Shown in pieces: positions 13,530-27,412 of a DNA stretch of 64,000 nt. The DNA lies in the NCBI GenBank assembly GCA_973851085.1, contig OZ316776.1, forward strand, positions 1,116,001 through 1,180,000, written 5' to 3'. The DNA comes from Ptychomitrium polyphyllum. Its lineage: Eukaryota. The position numbers and the translations under genes were made by a program. The notes beneath the pieces were generated by a model. It saw nothing but the letters and a program-made list of their open reading frames with translations, did no database searches and was not told where the DNA came from. How positions within the stretch are numbered: the stretch's first letter is position 1; the number at the start of each line of letters is the position of its first letter.

Positions 13530-15830
13530 TGTCAAGGCATGACTTTCTGTGTATCGAACAATTCATCTACACCCACATGTGAGAAGGTTTCTGTGGAGCC
13601 GTGCACGGGATTTGCTTCTGATGGGCTGATGGGATTCGCACTCTCTCGACCCAAGTCACCATCTCTTAATCGCAGGCAATGTGAACCTTCAAAGGAAAGC
13701 GAATCTGTGGGTGTCAAAGTAACGAGGTTCGTGATCATCTACCAGGGCTCACACTGTTTCCATAAATCGCATCCATCGCGTTCTTGTGCAAGTAATGTAG
13801 AGCTTCTCGAACTTTCTGAAGACCTAAGTTTTGAGAGCTTGCAATGGGACTCGGAAGCTAAGCAGGGAGAGAGCGATGGCGGGCGGTGTGTGGGGTTTGA
13901 CATTCCATTAACGGAGTTTTGCAGCAATCTCCACATTGTTGTGAACTTTTGGATGGAGGGCATTGTGTTGGTGAGAGTTCATCTTGGCGTAGCCTTGCCC
14001 CAAGAGGAATTAGCTTCTTCCACGGCTGGTCGTTCCTTTGGTTTCGTTCCAGATTTCAAGGTGTTGCTTCTCTACGTTAGGCTGTATGTGCGCATTGCAA
14101 TGTGTTGTTTTTCTAATTGTTGCGTGGACGCGAGTCTTGAGAAGTGTAGATTGGATGACTCAATCGAACATTCGATGGAGGCAGGAAGCAGAGAAGTAAT
14201 TGTTTTATGGTTCCTAGTATTCGCTAATGTACAATCACATCAAGGGAAACGCTCGTTTCGGATGTGCAGTGGTCGTAAAGATTCGAGGGTTTCTCATTTT
14301 CGATGACCGGCACATGAAGCCGATTGTAGCGGCATAAATTCATATGCATTTTTCGCACTGCCCTGAACATTGTCTGAAGGTTGTTGCAAGAATCTCTCGC
14401 CTTTCATGAACCCCTTCAAGACTTATCGAACTCCACTTTGTAGCTGTACATGTAATGTCAGCTTTTCACACCACTTCGTTGTACAACTATCAATGGGCGC
14501 TTGTAGGGTTGGACATGGGGAAAGATTTGTGTGAGCACACGCTAATTGTGCAAGATAAATTGTGAGCACAACCTGTGAGTCTCCGACTCGATCTGTTTGT
14601 ATATGAGGAAGCAGCACAGGGAGCTTACTAGCACTCATGCCGAGGAAATGCACTTATGAGATCGTTTTTAGATTTCAGTGATGAACTTACACAGAATGAT
14701 TCATATAATTATTCTGCAATGTGCCGATCATGTTATTCTTTAGAAGCTCGCAGAACGGTACTCAAAAGCCGCACGACGTGGTGGCGATTCCATTGACAAC
14801 GACGAAGCAGCCAGATACTTCCGGCAGGCACGCCTCCATGGCCAAGCAGCTGCACCCGCCCACTCCTCCAACCTCACACTCCACTTGCGTGTTGGCATCG
14901 CAGTTCAACCGCATCCCGGGCCAACAAGCTGTCCTCTCAAGCACACAACAACACCCTCATCAATCACATAAGAAGCAACTGAGGTAACACCAACCATCGT
15001 ACTCGAGCTTCCATATAGGTGAAGAGTCCTCAAGAAGACTTCTCATGCGACCTTGCGATGCTTTGCAAGCTTCGGAAAGTTCACATGAAATGTGATGTGA
15101 TAGACTTACTCTGCAACAATGAGCGCCCGGAGCGATCAAGAGCCGCGATCTCGTCCGACAGAAGTCTGCTACTCTCGGCTAGCTCTGTCAATCAAGGATT
15201 CCAACATCATCAAGCATTGCAACGGCCTGGTGAAATGCAATTTAGAAGTTTTCCAACTCAGTTCAGAGATCTGCTTACGCACGAGAAGAAAACAAGAATG
15301 TCATAACCATGGCTGCCAGCATCCATTTCAGCTGACTTGTAGCCATGACTGGAAAACGGAAGCTCTCAGTTCCTTCAATATTCCACAAAGAAATGACAAC
15401 TCCAATGTTTCGCAGATCGTCGAGTGAAAAGTGAAGATCTTGGAAGCTGGCTTGTAAGCTATGAAAGACTTTGTCTTTTATGCCGAGGATGCGTTGTGCA
15501 CCTTCTACAGTCTCCATAACTGCTCATCAAGGTACACGAGATATGAGTGCTTCCATGTGGAGAAGGCAACCAAACCAACCCTGTCCAAAACAGTGTAGAC
15601 ATGCCCAATGGAAATTATCAAAAACATGTTGCACTCGTAGTCCTTTCCCCTCCGAGGTACAACATGCTCTGAAATGTGCTCCAGTACCTCATCAATACCA
15701 ACATCATCTACCCACCCTTGTCTCAATCGTTTCCACTCGCGGGGATAAGTGCCGGATGCTAAGATCTACGCTAAACATCCACAGAGGAACCACTGTGGGG
15801 AACCCAACAGTCTGAGGAGAAAAAGGCGAA
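13530..15830 (-). pseudogene. Possible highly decayed TIR-NB-ARC(-LRR) relic
   Basis: Motif ghosts in canonical order on the minus strand, across stops and frameshifts. TIR-like VGLVAFSTWKHSYLVYLDE at 15579-15523 (same spacing as IAIVVFSxNYASSxWCLDE). Pre-P-loop-like RILGIKDKV...DDLRNIGVVISLWNIEGTE in ORF 15517-15275. Kinase-2-like AMLDDV at 15217-15203. RNBS-B-like RSRLLI at 15151-15134. Weak LRR-like NLSPCPTLQAPIDS near 14530. Recognised by eye only. Confidence 0.33.
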
Positions 15831-18800
15831 GGCCAGAGCTAAATACTGATGAGAGATAATGAACGAGCTAATGAAAATGAAGAACTATACTCAACGGAAC
15901 AGTACCTAATGAACAAGGGTCGAGTATGACAAGCCTACACTGAAAGCGGAGATGGGCGGATGCTGCCTAGTTTTTGATAGAGAACATGGCTGGGTAGAGA
16001 TGCAACCAGTGTTTGTCAACAAGCTGAGTAAATAGACTTGATTATGTGAAGCTCATATCTTAAAAGAACAGCATGAAAGCAAAACCAACTCAAATTTGCC
16101 ATAGCTGCCATCTAGGCAGTAACTGCTCAATATTCACTGCGTAGTCCCCTCAAAGGTCTGAGTAAAGATACTCACCCTGTTTCAACATTTTTCAAAGCTT
16201 CAGCCTTTTGTTTTGATCTTATCCACAAGTTTTTAAACTTCATGAGCTGCTTAGGGTTTTAAGTACACAAGATAAAACTATGTTTGTACCAACCTCTCAA
16301 TGCTTAGTAAAATTCCAAAGGGAAGGGAAGACATTTTGAGGACAAGTTTGAAATGCAACAATATATGAATGAATCATGCAATAGGATTGTTTAGCATTCG
16401 GATATTTGCTAAAAGACTAAACTTTAGAAGTCTAGAAAAGAATGGTCATTAAACGTTTGGATTTTTTTTGGACTTCTTAAGTTTATTAAAGGTCAAGACG
16501 TAAGGTAAATTTTTTAGATTAATATATTTTCAAGTTTATTCAAATGGGTAGTAGGATTTTCTTTTTTGTTATTCCATAGATACATCCAAATGATTAAAAA
16601 GGAACTTAATAGATTGCAAATGGAGCCTATCCAAACATGAATAAAAGCTCCATTTGTTTCTATGACCCCGTCCATCTTCTTTTGACTTAATTAATGCATT
16701 TGTTTGGAAAGTAAAAGAATTATTGCTAAAATTTTGGATACTTGTTAAGTGGGACATCAAACAAACATCTAAACGTCCAAAAGTCATTAGAGAGGTAAAA
16801 ATCTATAAGACATTTGGACATTATGAAGGATGCTAAAACCTCTAGAATATTCAAAATGAATTATCTCGGCATACCATAAATTCATATGATAGAAGGATCA
16901 TGATTTTTGGCTATTAAAATAGTCACTTTTGCCATATTATCTTAAAAGAGCTATTACTATTGTACACCAAAGCAAAAGGGCTTGGATTCTACATCATTAA
17001 TTCTTAATTCAATTTCAAATTTCATAAATCACAAAGACACGTGTCGTCAAATATTCAACTATAAATGGATCATATATCTATTTTAAGTCCATCAAGTTTA
17101 GCATCTTTAACCATTTCCTAAAAACATAAGCATATAAACTTATTCAAAATCTATTGTATACATTAATAGTTTCATCACAAGTTACAACAAAAAAAAAGTA
17201 TTTAGCTCCTAATCTCATTTTGAACTTGTGCATATATGAACTCAAATATCATCTAACTAAAATTTTCATTTCAACAAATTTTAGGTTTGATTTTCTTGAT
17301 TAGCTTTGTTTAATAAAAAAAAAATTGATTTTTTTTGCTCAAGAAATAATGCATAATTAATTAGCTTAGCTAGTATGAGTAGGTGTTGTGCTACATAAAA
17401 GACAATATTGAATTGATGCCAAGAAATCTTGGATATAAATACATTCCTTTTCTACACCTCCTTCTTTGAAATGTCCTCATTTGTTGTATTTTTCTTTCCA
17501 TGCTACAAATAAGCTTAAGTTGTTGAGTTTTGTAAAATATTTTGAATGATAATCTTGTTTCTTTGGATAACTTTATTCTCGTAAGTGTTTTTCTATGCTT
17601 TTCATGCAAATATACTTACAAATAAATATTTGGAAAGCAATTGTTATACATATTTTTTCCTGCTAAAACCTAGCCCTATGTTGCACTAGACATAATGGAG
17701 GAGCAAAGATGAGGTAGATCCTCTACTAAAAGTATGGCTCCATCAACTATTATTTTCTGCAATAGAACTGTATGTTATAGGAGTTTTGATGCCTGTAATC
17801 ATGGATCATTTGGAAGTTGAGTAGAACTGATGCATCATTGGTCATGTGTTTGTACTGGCCACATGCAAGTATGATTGTAAGAAAATCCCATTGTTATCAG
17901 CATGGGAGACCCCACTTGACATGGTTGATTGAACTTCGGATATGCCATTCTTTCCATTTCTGTTCCTCAATCACCCAATAGGCATGAGGTTGTCATAGTA
18001 TCATGGTTTTCTGTTTGTAAATGGGGGTGAAAACGAGTATATACATGCCAGGCTGTTTTCCATTATAACTTTCCAAACTTTGACTAAATCTGATGTACAA
18101 CAGAACTTTGACATCATTGTTTATTGGCACTGACTTCCATTTTGTTATCGCTGCCACAATGTTGATTGAGTATTGACGAGTTGGGCACAGGTAACTGTTA
18201 CAGCTCCGTGATCTCTACCTTAATGGGGCCATACAACTAATCTTTTGCAACCGGATTCCAAAGCACACAGCACTAGATTCATCAAGCAATTGATTTCGGT
18301 GAGCCTGGAGGAATCAACCTCCGTTGCAACGCCCAAGCAACAATGCAGATGCTGCAATGAGGAAAGTATAAAGAAGTGGCTAACTTGCTCTCACTGCTCT
18401 GCCCATTGAGTGATCGAGTCACTGATGATTACGCGTGGAAGTTGAGCTTTATGAGATTTTTGGGATCAAATGGCACTGAGTTCCTTTGCAGACGATGAGA
18501 GACGGTTGGATCGTCAAGGAGCATGAGCCTGGTTGGTGCAGAGGAGGCGAGGTTGATGATTGGAATGGAGAGGAGGACTGTGAGTTAAGATGTATTTCTT
18601 TTTTGGAAGAAATCCGAGGAATGGGGAGGAGCATACGAGCATCATGTGGAAGGGCCCCACATTGGTGTAAAGCCTCCGGGGACGAAGGAGACGTTGTTGT
18701 TTCCGTGTGCGTGCTGCCCAGGTCGAGGCTGCATGCCACTGAAGCTTACTACAATATTGCAACTGCCCTCGCATGGCTGCTCATGTTTAGGATTATGGCC

Positions 18801-19359
18801 AAGCTGCTCTTCGTTCTTCGTGCAGAATTCATCGATCCTTTTGGTGGAGTGGGCGTTTTAGGTCAAGGATTTGCCTACAGGAGGGGTGGAGATTCGCAAA
18901 CTCTCACCTTTGGTGTTCAGCTCTTTTTGTCTTTGTGATGTGGCCAGGAATGTTCTAGTGATTCTCCTTGCAGCTATGAATTGTGGGATGAGTTGTGAAA
19001 TGGTAAGGGGGTTTAGGTTTAATCTTGGGAGAATCCTTTTTTGGAATGTTTGTTGGATTGAGTCAATTGAGTTGGAGATGAGTTCTGTGTCACAATCGTT
19101 TCGTATTCCGAGGTGATTGTAAGGTGAAGTTTCTTGCAGTTGGGTTGTCTTGTTTTAATGTTCAGCGGTTTTGTGTTCCTTGCTTGAGTGTAGAGCAGGC
19201 GATTTGTAGGACGTGGTTCGGGTTCTTGGAATCGGTGCTTCGTTGGCAATCTGAGTTTTTGATTCCCAATCCGAAATTGTTTATTATTCACCGGGTGGGC
19301 ATGTTTTGAGCAAGTTCTTTTAGTCTTGCAGGAGTGATCTTTTCTATTACTGGGCGGAG

Positions 19360-22300
19360 ATGGAGTTCACAATCTTTAGTCCGATTGTAGCCGTGGCATC
19401 GGCGTTTGGAGTGTCAGGTGCATTTGTGCTCGTTGTATTTTATTCCAGGTGGAAGAAGAAGAATGCATACAAGAAATTTTTGCCACGGGCTGTGTTCAAC
19501 CAATATGGAAACCTCAAAGACCTCGAGAACTTTGGCGATTATGTTGGTAAGATCTTTGTTTATCAGATTTTTTGAATCATCTTGAGTGTATTTGTATTGG
19601 TCCGTGTTAACACCTTATTCGTCAGCTTAGGCCTTCGTCCTCTGAAGAAGTAGCCTAGGGTTTTGAGGGATTTGCTTGCGAGAATCTGGAGCACAGAGAT
19701 CAGCTCATTCATTCTTCTGTACTCAATGAACAGTCCATTTTCTGGTCCTTAATCTTGTTGTTGGCAAAGCTACCAGGCCTTCGAAGTTGTAGGAATGCAG
19801 TGACTTCTTTCGAGGATTCTGCATCTATTTTGTGTTATTCTTGTGATGTATATATTGTATGAGTGTTTAGTAGGCAATGACCTTACAACAAAATGATTGA
19901 ATCGTGTGATTTTCCGGCTATTTAGTCTCCTGTGCTGAGAGTTGCCCAATGGTTTTTGATATCCATGTTCAGTGCGGCAGTTGGAGCTTGACAGCCAGAG
20001 TGCGATTGCAAAGATAGTTGCCACAGCAGCAGAAGGCTATCTTCGAGATGCAAGGAATGTGGCCAGTGAGAGCAAGGAGATTGCCTGCGTACTTGTAGCC
20101 GGCCTTATCCACGAGGATGAGAATGATAAGAAGCTTTGCGACGAGATCTTGCAGGAATTGGAGATATGTGTTGTGGCATACTTCAGTTTTCACTGGCAGC
20201 ATGCAACTTCTGTAGTTGATAAGGTACATCCACAAATCTATCTTAAAAACGAAATGCTCCCATTTTTTAGAAAACTTCTCGTCTTCCCCAGCATCTCTTT
20301 TTTTCCTTTCCTCTCAGAAAAGGTTATCTCAGTGGCGTATTTATTCTTCAATCTATTGTAATATTAAGTCTTGCTAGTTGACTCACCTTACCTTGGAGTG
20401 TTTTGAACGTTTTCACGTGAATCTGACATTACGTGGGGTGTGGATGTACTAGGTCGTCGGTGCCCGAACAACAGTCGAAAAGTTTCATCGTGCAGTGTTG
20501 TCTGCCCTTAGGTGTGTGGGTAGGCAGTCAATGAACCTATTTGTGTTCTAAGTCATGAATCTTGGCTTGCAATGATTCGTTATATTTGATGCTTTGCATT
20601 TGAAGTGAGGGTATATTAGTTTTGATCTCCATTGTAATGCAGGGAGCACCGCTACAACAGGTTGTTGGAGTCATTAAATACAAAACGTCGATTTTACACA
20701 ATGATTGAGGAGTTACGGCGGATAACTAGAAAATATTCAGCAGATACTCCAGAGGAAGGCGCTGTGACTATTCCTGCTGAGTCCACTAAGCGTAGCCCTG
20801 TCATACTCTTCATTGGAGGGGGCATGGGCGCCGGGAAATCTACCGTTGTAAAACATATTCTTTCGAGGTACGGATAGAGTACTTTATTAAAATTTTATTA
20901 AAATTGGTTAATTAGATGGTGCTCATATATGTCGATTAGGTTGGCTCTGCCAGGACCCAAGTGAAGATTTTGAGCTTGCAAAGATGCTTTGTTTTGTGAC
21001 TATCTTCATGTTTGCAGCTCATTTTGGTCAGGCGTTATCCATGATGCTGTGGTGGTGGAAGCTGATGCGTTTAAAGAAACTGATGTCGTCTACCGCCACC
21101 TGGCGTCAATGTCATCGGATAATATAGCAGGGAACGCAGAACTTGTATGTACTGTACCAATTACACCGATTTTCTTTTCTTGAAAAACGTGGAGCAAGAA
21201 ATGAGCTTAGCCCTTGTGCTGTTATGAGTTGTATGGAGGTTAATGATTTTCATCGACTTGCCAAGTCATGGTAGCTAGTCGAACAGTTTGAAATTCAGCA
21301 CTCTTTGTTAAAAACTCAGTTAGACGAAGCTCATGAAAATATAATACCACTGAGTTAGGGTGCTGATTACAATGTGTAGGTACATCAATATTCCACCGAG
21401 GCAGCAAATTCATTGCTTGTGTCTGCTTTGAATGAAGGCCGCGATGTGATCTTTGACGGTACAATGTCATGGGAGCCTTTTGTGCTTCAGACTATAGACA
21501 TGGTCCGCGATATCCATAACAGGTAGTTCCTCAGTCTCTGGGTAGTTTTGACCTTGTATTAAATTCGAATTTCAATTGCTGAAAAGATGATAACAATGGT
21601 ATGTAGATAAAAACTAAACTTGCCGAAGATGATAACAACTGCAGCTGGGCTATTCCATGCGATTGTAGCGTAGAATTTAAATAAATTGATAACAAATTAT
21701 CACAAGATGACTCATTTTCGTTTTACTTTATTATTAAATATTTGATTGAAGGCAGCGTGGCTACAGTGATCTTTTTCCTGATGAGAGCACATTGCTTCAC
21801 AGACGGTATCGGATGGGCCCTGGTTACAGAAGGAATAAAAATGGCACCACAATAGAGAGATATTGGGAGCCTCAAGATGAAGATGATGAACATTTCATTG
21901 AGACAAAAGCGGATAATGGATGTGGTGATAAGAGACATTATCGGATCGAGTTTATTGGCGTCATTTGTGATGCACACCTGGCTGTGGTTCGTGGGTTGAG
22001 GTAATCTCAACCGTTAAGTAAACCTCACATTTCAGAAGTGCAACCTCAGCTTGGTCCTCCTTCCTCATAAATTGAATTGCTCTGTCTGACTCTTGCATAA
22101 TCTTCGTTAAGTAGACAAAATATTCAAGGATTGACATTATGCCTGGTTTTCAGGAGAGCAATAGTGACAAAAAGAGGAGTTCCAGTTAAAGGCCAACTCC
22201 GGTCTCACAAGATGTTTGCAAGGTCCATAGAGAAATACATATCAGTGGTTGATACGGCCAAAATCTATAGTACTAGCGCATGGAATGGCCCAGCTGAGGT

Positions 22301-22811
22301 AAAGACAACCGTTAAATAAATGCTTTGCTCGTTTGTTTGGGTTTCATCTATTGCAGTGAACGTGACCCCAGCTTTGCACATGTTGAGAGCTAGAACGAGA
22401 AGCTGGTCACTAAGTAGCTCTTTGTGTGGTTGAATGCAGTTGATAGCCTTGAAGGACGGCCCTGATAAGAAGCTGCTCATTGATGTTGACACATACCCCG
22501 GAGTGAGGTGCCTTGCAGACCTGATCACCGATGCAGGGTCTGTGATGGACCTGTACAAATGCTGTACAGATAGCAGATTTGTGAACCAGCACTGGCGTAA
22601 CGTGATTTTAGATCCGGAGAGAAAAATTCGTCAGAAGCGGTTGAGATCAGCAATCCTTGATCATGCTACCACCTCTGCACAATTAGAAAGGTTTAGTTCG
22701 GATGCAAGTTCTGATGTCAAGTTTGCCACGAAAGAAAGGACTAGCTCTGATGACGACTTGGCCATCAAGGGTAGATCTAACTCTGATGAGGATTTACCTA
22801 GCGTAGAGTGA
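19360..22811 (+). CDS. NADKc: Zeta-toxin-domain P-loop kinase, calmodulin/Ca2+-dependent NAD kinase (NADKc) family
   Basis: Nine exons: 19360-19546, 19973-20223, 20453-20511, 20643-20867, 21018-21144, 21380-21522, 21803-22000, 22154-22298, 22440-22811. N-terminal TM anchor, AYFSFHW, Walker A SPVILFIGGGMGAGKST, VEADAFKETDVVY, LNEGRDVIFDGTMSW, YRMGPGY and QLRSHKMFA are all typical of the At1g04280 family. Confidence 0.9.
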
Positions 22812-23099
22812 GGTTGGATTCAGTATGGTTGTGCTATTAGGTACTATTTGTGAGTGCATCAGAATCTTTTCTAAAGTTTGCCCAGTAGCTGGCTATCTCA
22901 ATGTGCAGGCTTTCTGAATTCTAGTTGAATTTAATGTGATGCCTTTGACCAAGTTTTTGGGAAAGTTGTTAAGTAGCTTGTAAGCTCGTTGGGACCAATC
23001 AATGTCGGCAACTTTACTATTAAACCCACGGCACTCATAGCAATTGGTGATATTAGTGTAGTATAAGGATAATGTGGCCAGCACTAATATTTTATTTAA

Positions 23100-24649
23100 G
23101 TATCCAAATTACTATGAACAACAATAATAAAATGTTTTCACAAAAACATACTTTTTAACAAACTAACAAATAACTATTATTTTTTTAATATAATTTTGTT
23201 TGGTTGTTTCATACTCTTTTGTAAAGCTTCTATAAAAATTAGTGTAATGATTGATGTAAAATCTTTGCTTTTTTCATTAATGGCAATAATTAGTATAATT
23301 GTTGATTACAATAGTGTGGAAAGTAAACAGATCTTAGGATTGGCCATCCATTTTGACTCGTTGTGTACACTTTCGTTTAAAATTTGTTTGGGTCTTTTTC
23401 CAAGCTACAATCACTTTAAGGTATCTTGATTTATTATTGTATGCCATCTATGACATTAGCATGTATGCTTCTAAATCATAAAAATAACACTAAAATAAAA
23501 TTAAAAATTAAAAATTCAGAATAGGCATTCAAAGTTAAAAGCACAAGATTGTTTCCCTTTTGCCATGCCAACACTTCATTTGATACATGGATTTCCAAAC
23601 TATATACCAAATTAAAAAATATATGTTGGATTTATACTTGTAAATCTTTCACATTTTATTTTGTGTAAAAACATCTTCCATGTAAGAACCAACAAACACT
23701 TTTTTTTTAATACTACATAACTGAACTTCATTTCATACTAAAGGATCCTTGATTGTTTTTTTTATTTATAATCATGCAAAGATTTAGCTACTTGTATGTT
23801 CCAAATACAAATAAAATGAAAAAAATTATTTCCAATATAATATTTATATTTGGTTCAATATATATTGATTCCAAATTCAAATGCTTTTAAGGATGTACTT
23901 TTGCAAATAAACACATTATGCTTTTAAAATGTTGGTCCAAATATAACCAGGTTTGGATGCTTGCAAAGACGGTTTTTAACTATAAATTAAATTTGAGTTT
24001 GGAAAAATTAAAGAATCTCTTGGTTTCAATATGATTAAAAAGCTTTAAAATATATTTCAAAAAAAGTTTTTTTTTAATCTTCAACAATTATGTAAACACA
24101 TTATAACATTTTTAACTCATAGGCTTGAAGGCCCCTCTTTTTACAAATATTTCCTTCAAACATTATGTACGGTGATTTTGACCTCCTAAATATTTCTTAT
24201 GAATGTTCTAAAAATTAATGCAATAACTAATTTAAAATAATTATAGTAAATCTTCTTTGCTAAATAATTAACATGAAGTATATACTAGAATTGATAGTGA
24301 ATAAATTATAATATAGTTTAATTTTAAAGAAGATCTTTAAAAAGTGTATTTTATAATATACTTAATACAACAAGTTGTATTATTTTTTGGAATCAATAGT
24401 GGATATAATAATTAAGTATATTAGTATACAAGTTTTTTAGACAAGAACTTGTTGCTTCCAAAATTCATATAATAGATGTAAGATTTTTCATGCTCAAGAA
24501 AATCCAATCTAAAGAAGAACTTCACTACATCTTTAAGAAAACACTTATATGGACTATTGAGGTGTATAACAATTAATAAGGATACCAAAAATGTAATATT
24601 CAAAGAATGATATTCCTACAAAAGAAAAACTTGTTTAAAATTAAAAATA

Positions 24650-24686
<37 letters not shown>

Positions 24687-26600
24687 ACTATAAATTTAAA
24701 GATTGCAAATCAAAGCACTGAGGATGCAAAAATGGAGCTGGCAATTATAAAATGGCAACCAGAAAATTAGCAATGCAAATAGGCAATTATAAAAAAATAA
24801 GATGATCATGAACAATTACTTAAAGGACATTAACAACTATAGATTTAATGCAATTGTGAAAATATATTGGCTATTGCGAGTAGAAGGATCATTTGTTAGT
24901 GTCATTATTATACAAATGCATTGCACAATCATTTTTTTTTTGAATGGATAATAAAAAAATTTAAGACCTTTTGATGAAAATCAAATTGTGGCTTCTAATT
25001 TCATAACAAATTTCCTTATTATTTACATATTTTGAGGTTTTTAAGTAATTACATCCATTTACAATGTAAAAAAATCTTCATGCAAATAATAAACCTTGAG
25101 AATCATTTTTAAATATAATTTTAGCCATGTTTGGAAATAACATTCAAGGCTATTTATTATATTTTCAAGCAAATTAGTCCTTGATTACAAGTATTGGTAG
25201 GGCAATTGCAATACTCAAATAAACAACTACACATAAAAGGAATTAATTGCTAGCTAATTTTTGCAAATACAAGTCATTCATTTTAGCTGTAGGTAAAAGA
25301 AGGAAATCATTAGTTAATTAAGAACAAATGCAAGTCAAAAGAAGCAATTGCATTGTTTTCTTAAATTACACCTAAGCCAATTAATTTCATTCAAGCCAAA
25401 TTTTTAATATTTTTGTATTGATTGATTAATACTAAAATGCTACTAATTTTTGATGATATGTTATAAATTGGTATCTAATGACATTATTTTTAAATATCTT
25501 GCTTAATTTTAAAAAGATGTTGAATCTTAAGTGCCAATTATTTATATATAGTTGAATAAAAATTTGTAACACAAAGTTTATGTCTTAACAATTATAAGCA
25601 TCACTTATTGAAGATGTAATATAAATTATGTGATATAAGAATAAATTGATAATAATTTTTAAATAAGAATATTAAATGTTGAACTTCGAATATTATTTGT
25701 ATTTTTAAACTACATATTAAGTACATATTGTTTTTAGATTTATATATTTTTTTAAAATATAAAATTTCAAACATGACTTTCTAATGATATTTTTAATATT
25801 TTACAATAATTGAAGAATTTTTCTAATTACAAAAAAAACAATGAAGGGTTGAAGTGAAAATGATCTTGAAACTACAACAGCTAAATGATTGAGTTTTAAA
25901 AGCTTGCAACATGATTTAATAGGAAGATATTATAATACAATAAAATGTTGATTAGGTGATAGATAAATATTGAAGATATTCCTAATTAGTACAAAGATGT
26001 AGCACAATTAGAAAATTTGTGTTTTTTCAAATATAGAAATGTCCTTTGTGATACCATAAACCTAAAGACCTTCATATTAGGCCAAGTTGCAAAGTTGGTG
26101 CATGCTATTGTAATTCAACAATTCCATTGAATACATGGGAAGCAACATCTCAAAAAATATTGTTATAACATAATCATAATGTTTGTTAATGCATTTAAAA
26201 ATAGATCCTCTTAATGCATGCATCAAGAGCAATATATACAACCGCATGTCACTCCAATCATTATACAAATGAATGCAATTGAGATTGGATACTTTTACTT
26301 TCATTTCAATAAGTTTTATATTCAAGCGCACACAACTTCAATTATAACATTTGTAAATGTGCTTAAATTAGGTGCTTAAAATTATATGCAAGCCTCAAAA
26401 GCCACAGAGCAGGTGGAACATTACATCAATTGTAATACCTCCTAATGCAATCAAGAATAGGTACTCTCGCACATGACAAAACTAGCAACATATCTAGCCA
26501 AACATTACTTCAAATGCTATAACCAATAATGAAGTCATGAATCAATGCTTCCACAACATGTTCAAGAAATTATGCACTTACCCTACACATCAATGCAATG
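23100..26600. other. Very AT-rich intergenic block, possibly old transposon debris
   Basis: Strongly AT-rich with no convincing ORF; no terminal repeats or TE domains recognised. Confidence 0.3.
24652..24682. repeat. (TA)n microsatellite
   Basis: About 15 TA units read directly. Confidence 0.95.
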
Positions 26601-27412
26601 AAGATGAGTGCTTCCATTAAGTATATGCCCAAAAAGCCACGCACTCGACCGCGGATTTGCAGTGCCCATCAATGTAGTTGAGAAATAGTGGTTTCACCAT
26701 GTATCTAAGAGGCAACATATTTGGCTGCACATTGTTGCAATCGCTCTACCTGTCAATGCAGTGAGAATGGGTGCTCCCACCGTATGCCCGGGGGCCCACA
26801 TACCCTGCCGGGTATCGCCCCAATCTCAAAAGTCCAGCATTGGAGGGCACTTGAGAAATCCGAGAAGGCTGCGGTGCCAAGTGCGGCAGCTATGGCGTTG
26901 CACTCCAGCCCGGCTCCGCAACAACGAAGGGTGCACTGCGACACCAGGCATCGCATCACGGACGGCACCAGACATCTCTCTGCAACGCTGCAAAATTTTT
27001 CCTTGTTTTGCATCATTTCTGCTGCAACCCAGTTGTGATATGCATGTCATTATTCTCAGTCTCATGCGAAGAGCTTGACTGCATCGGTGTCCAGTAACGC
27101 TCAGCTTCGCAACCGTCAATCATTAGTGCCTGCCAACTGGGTCACTGGTACTCTATGCTCCGTCTGCTGAATATTCTGTGAATGTTTGTGGAGTGTTGCT
27201 TTTTCAGTGATTCACGTGATGATTCAGTTGGCAGAGTGGTTTCTTGCCACCAGTTTCATGGTGTTGTGTTTGTGAGCGATGGTTTTGTGATATTGCAGCC
27301 ACGATGGGTGGCGTTGGAATGAAGGGAGATCAGGTCGCATGGGTTTGTGGGTGTGGTAGAACTGGGTCGAGCATGGTGGTGTTTAGGTCGTGAGTCATGT
27401 AGGACTGTGCGC

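Noticed and set aside
13509..14660. 265-aa plus-strand ORF with a faint PPR/DYW-like look
   Set aside because: Non-ATG start, no convincing PPR periodicity and no intact HSE/CxxCH/DYW motif; the opposite-strand NLR relic fits at least as well.
16569..16787. Possible LINE RT-downstream fragment (KSKEDGRG resembling PKxxGGLG)
   Set aside because: A single weak motif with no RT core nearby.
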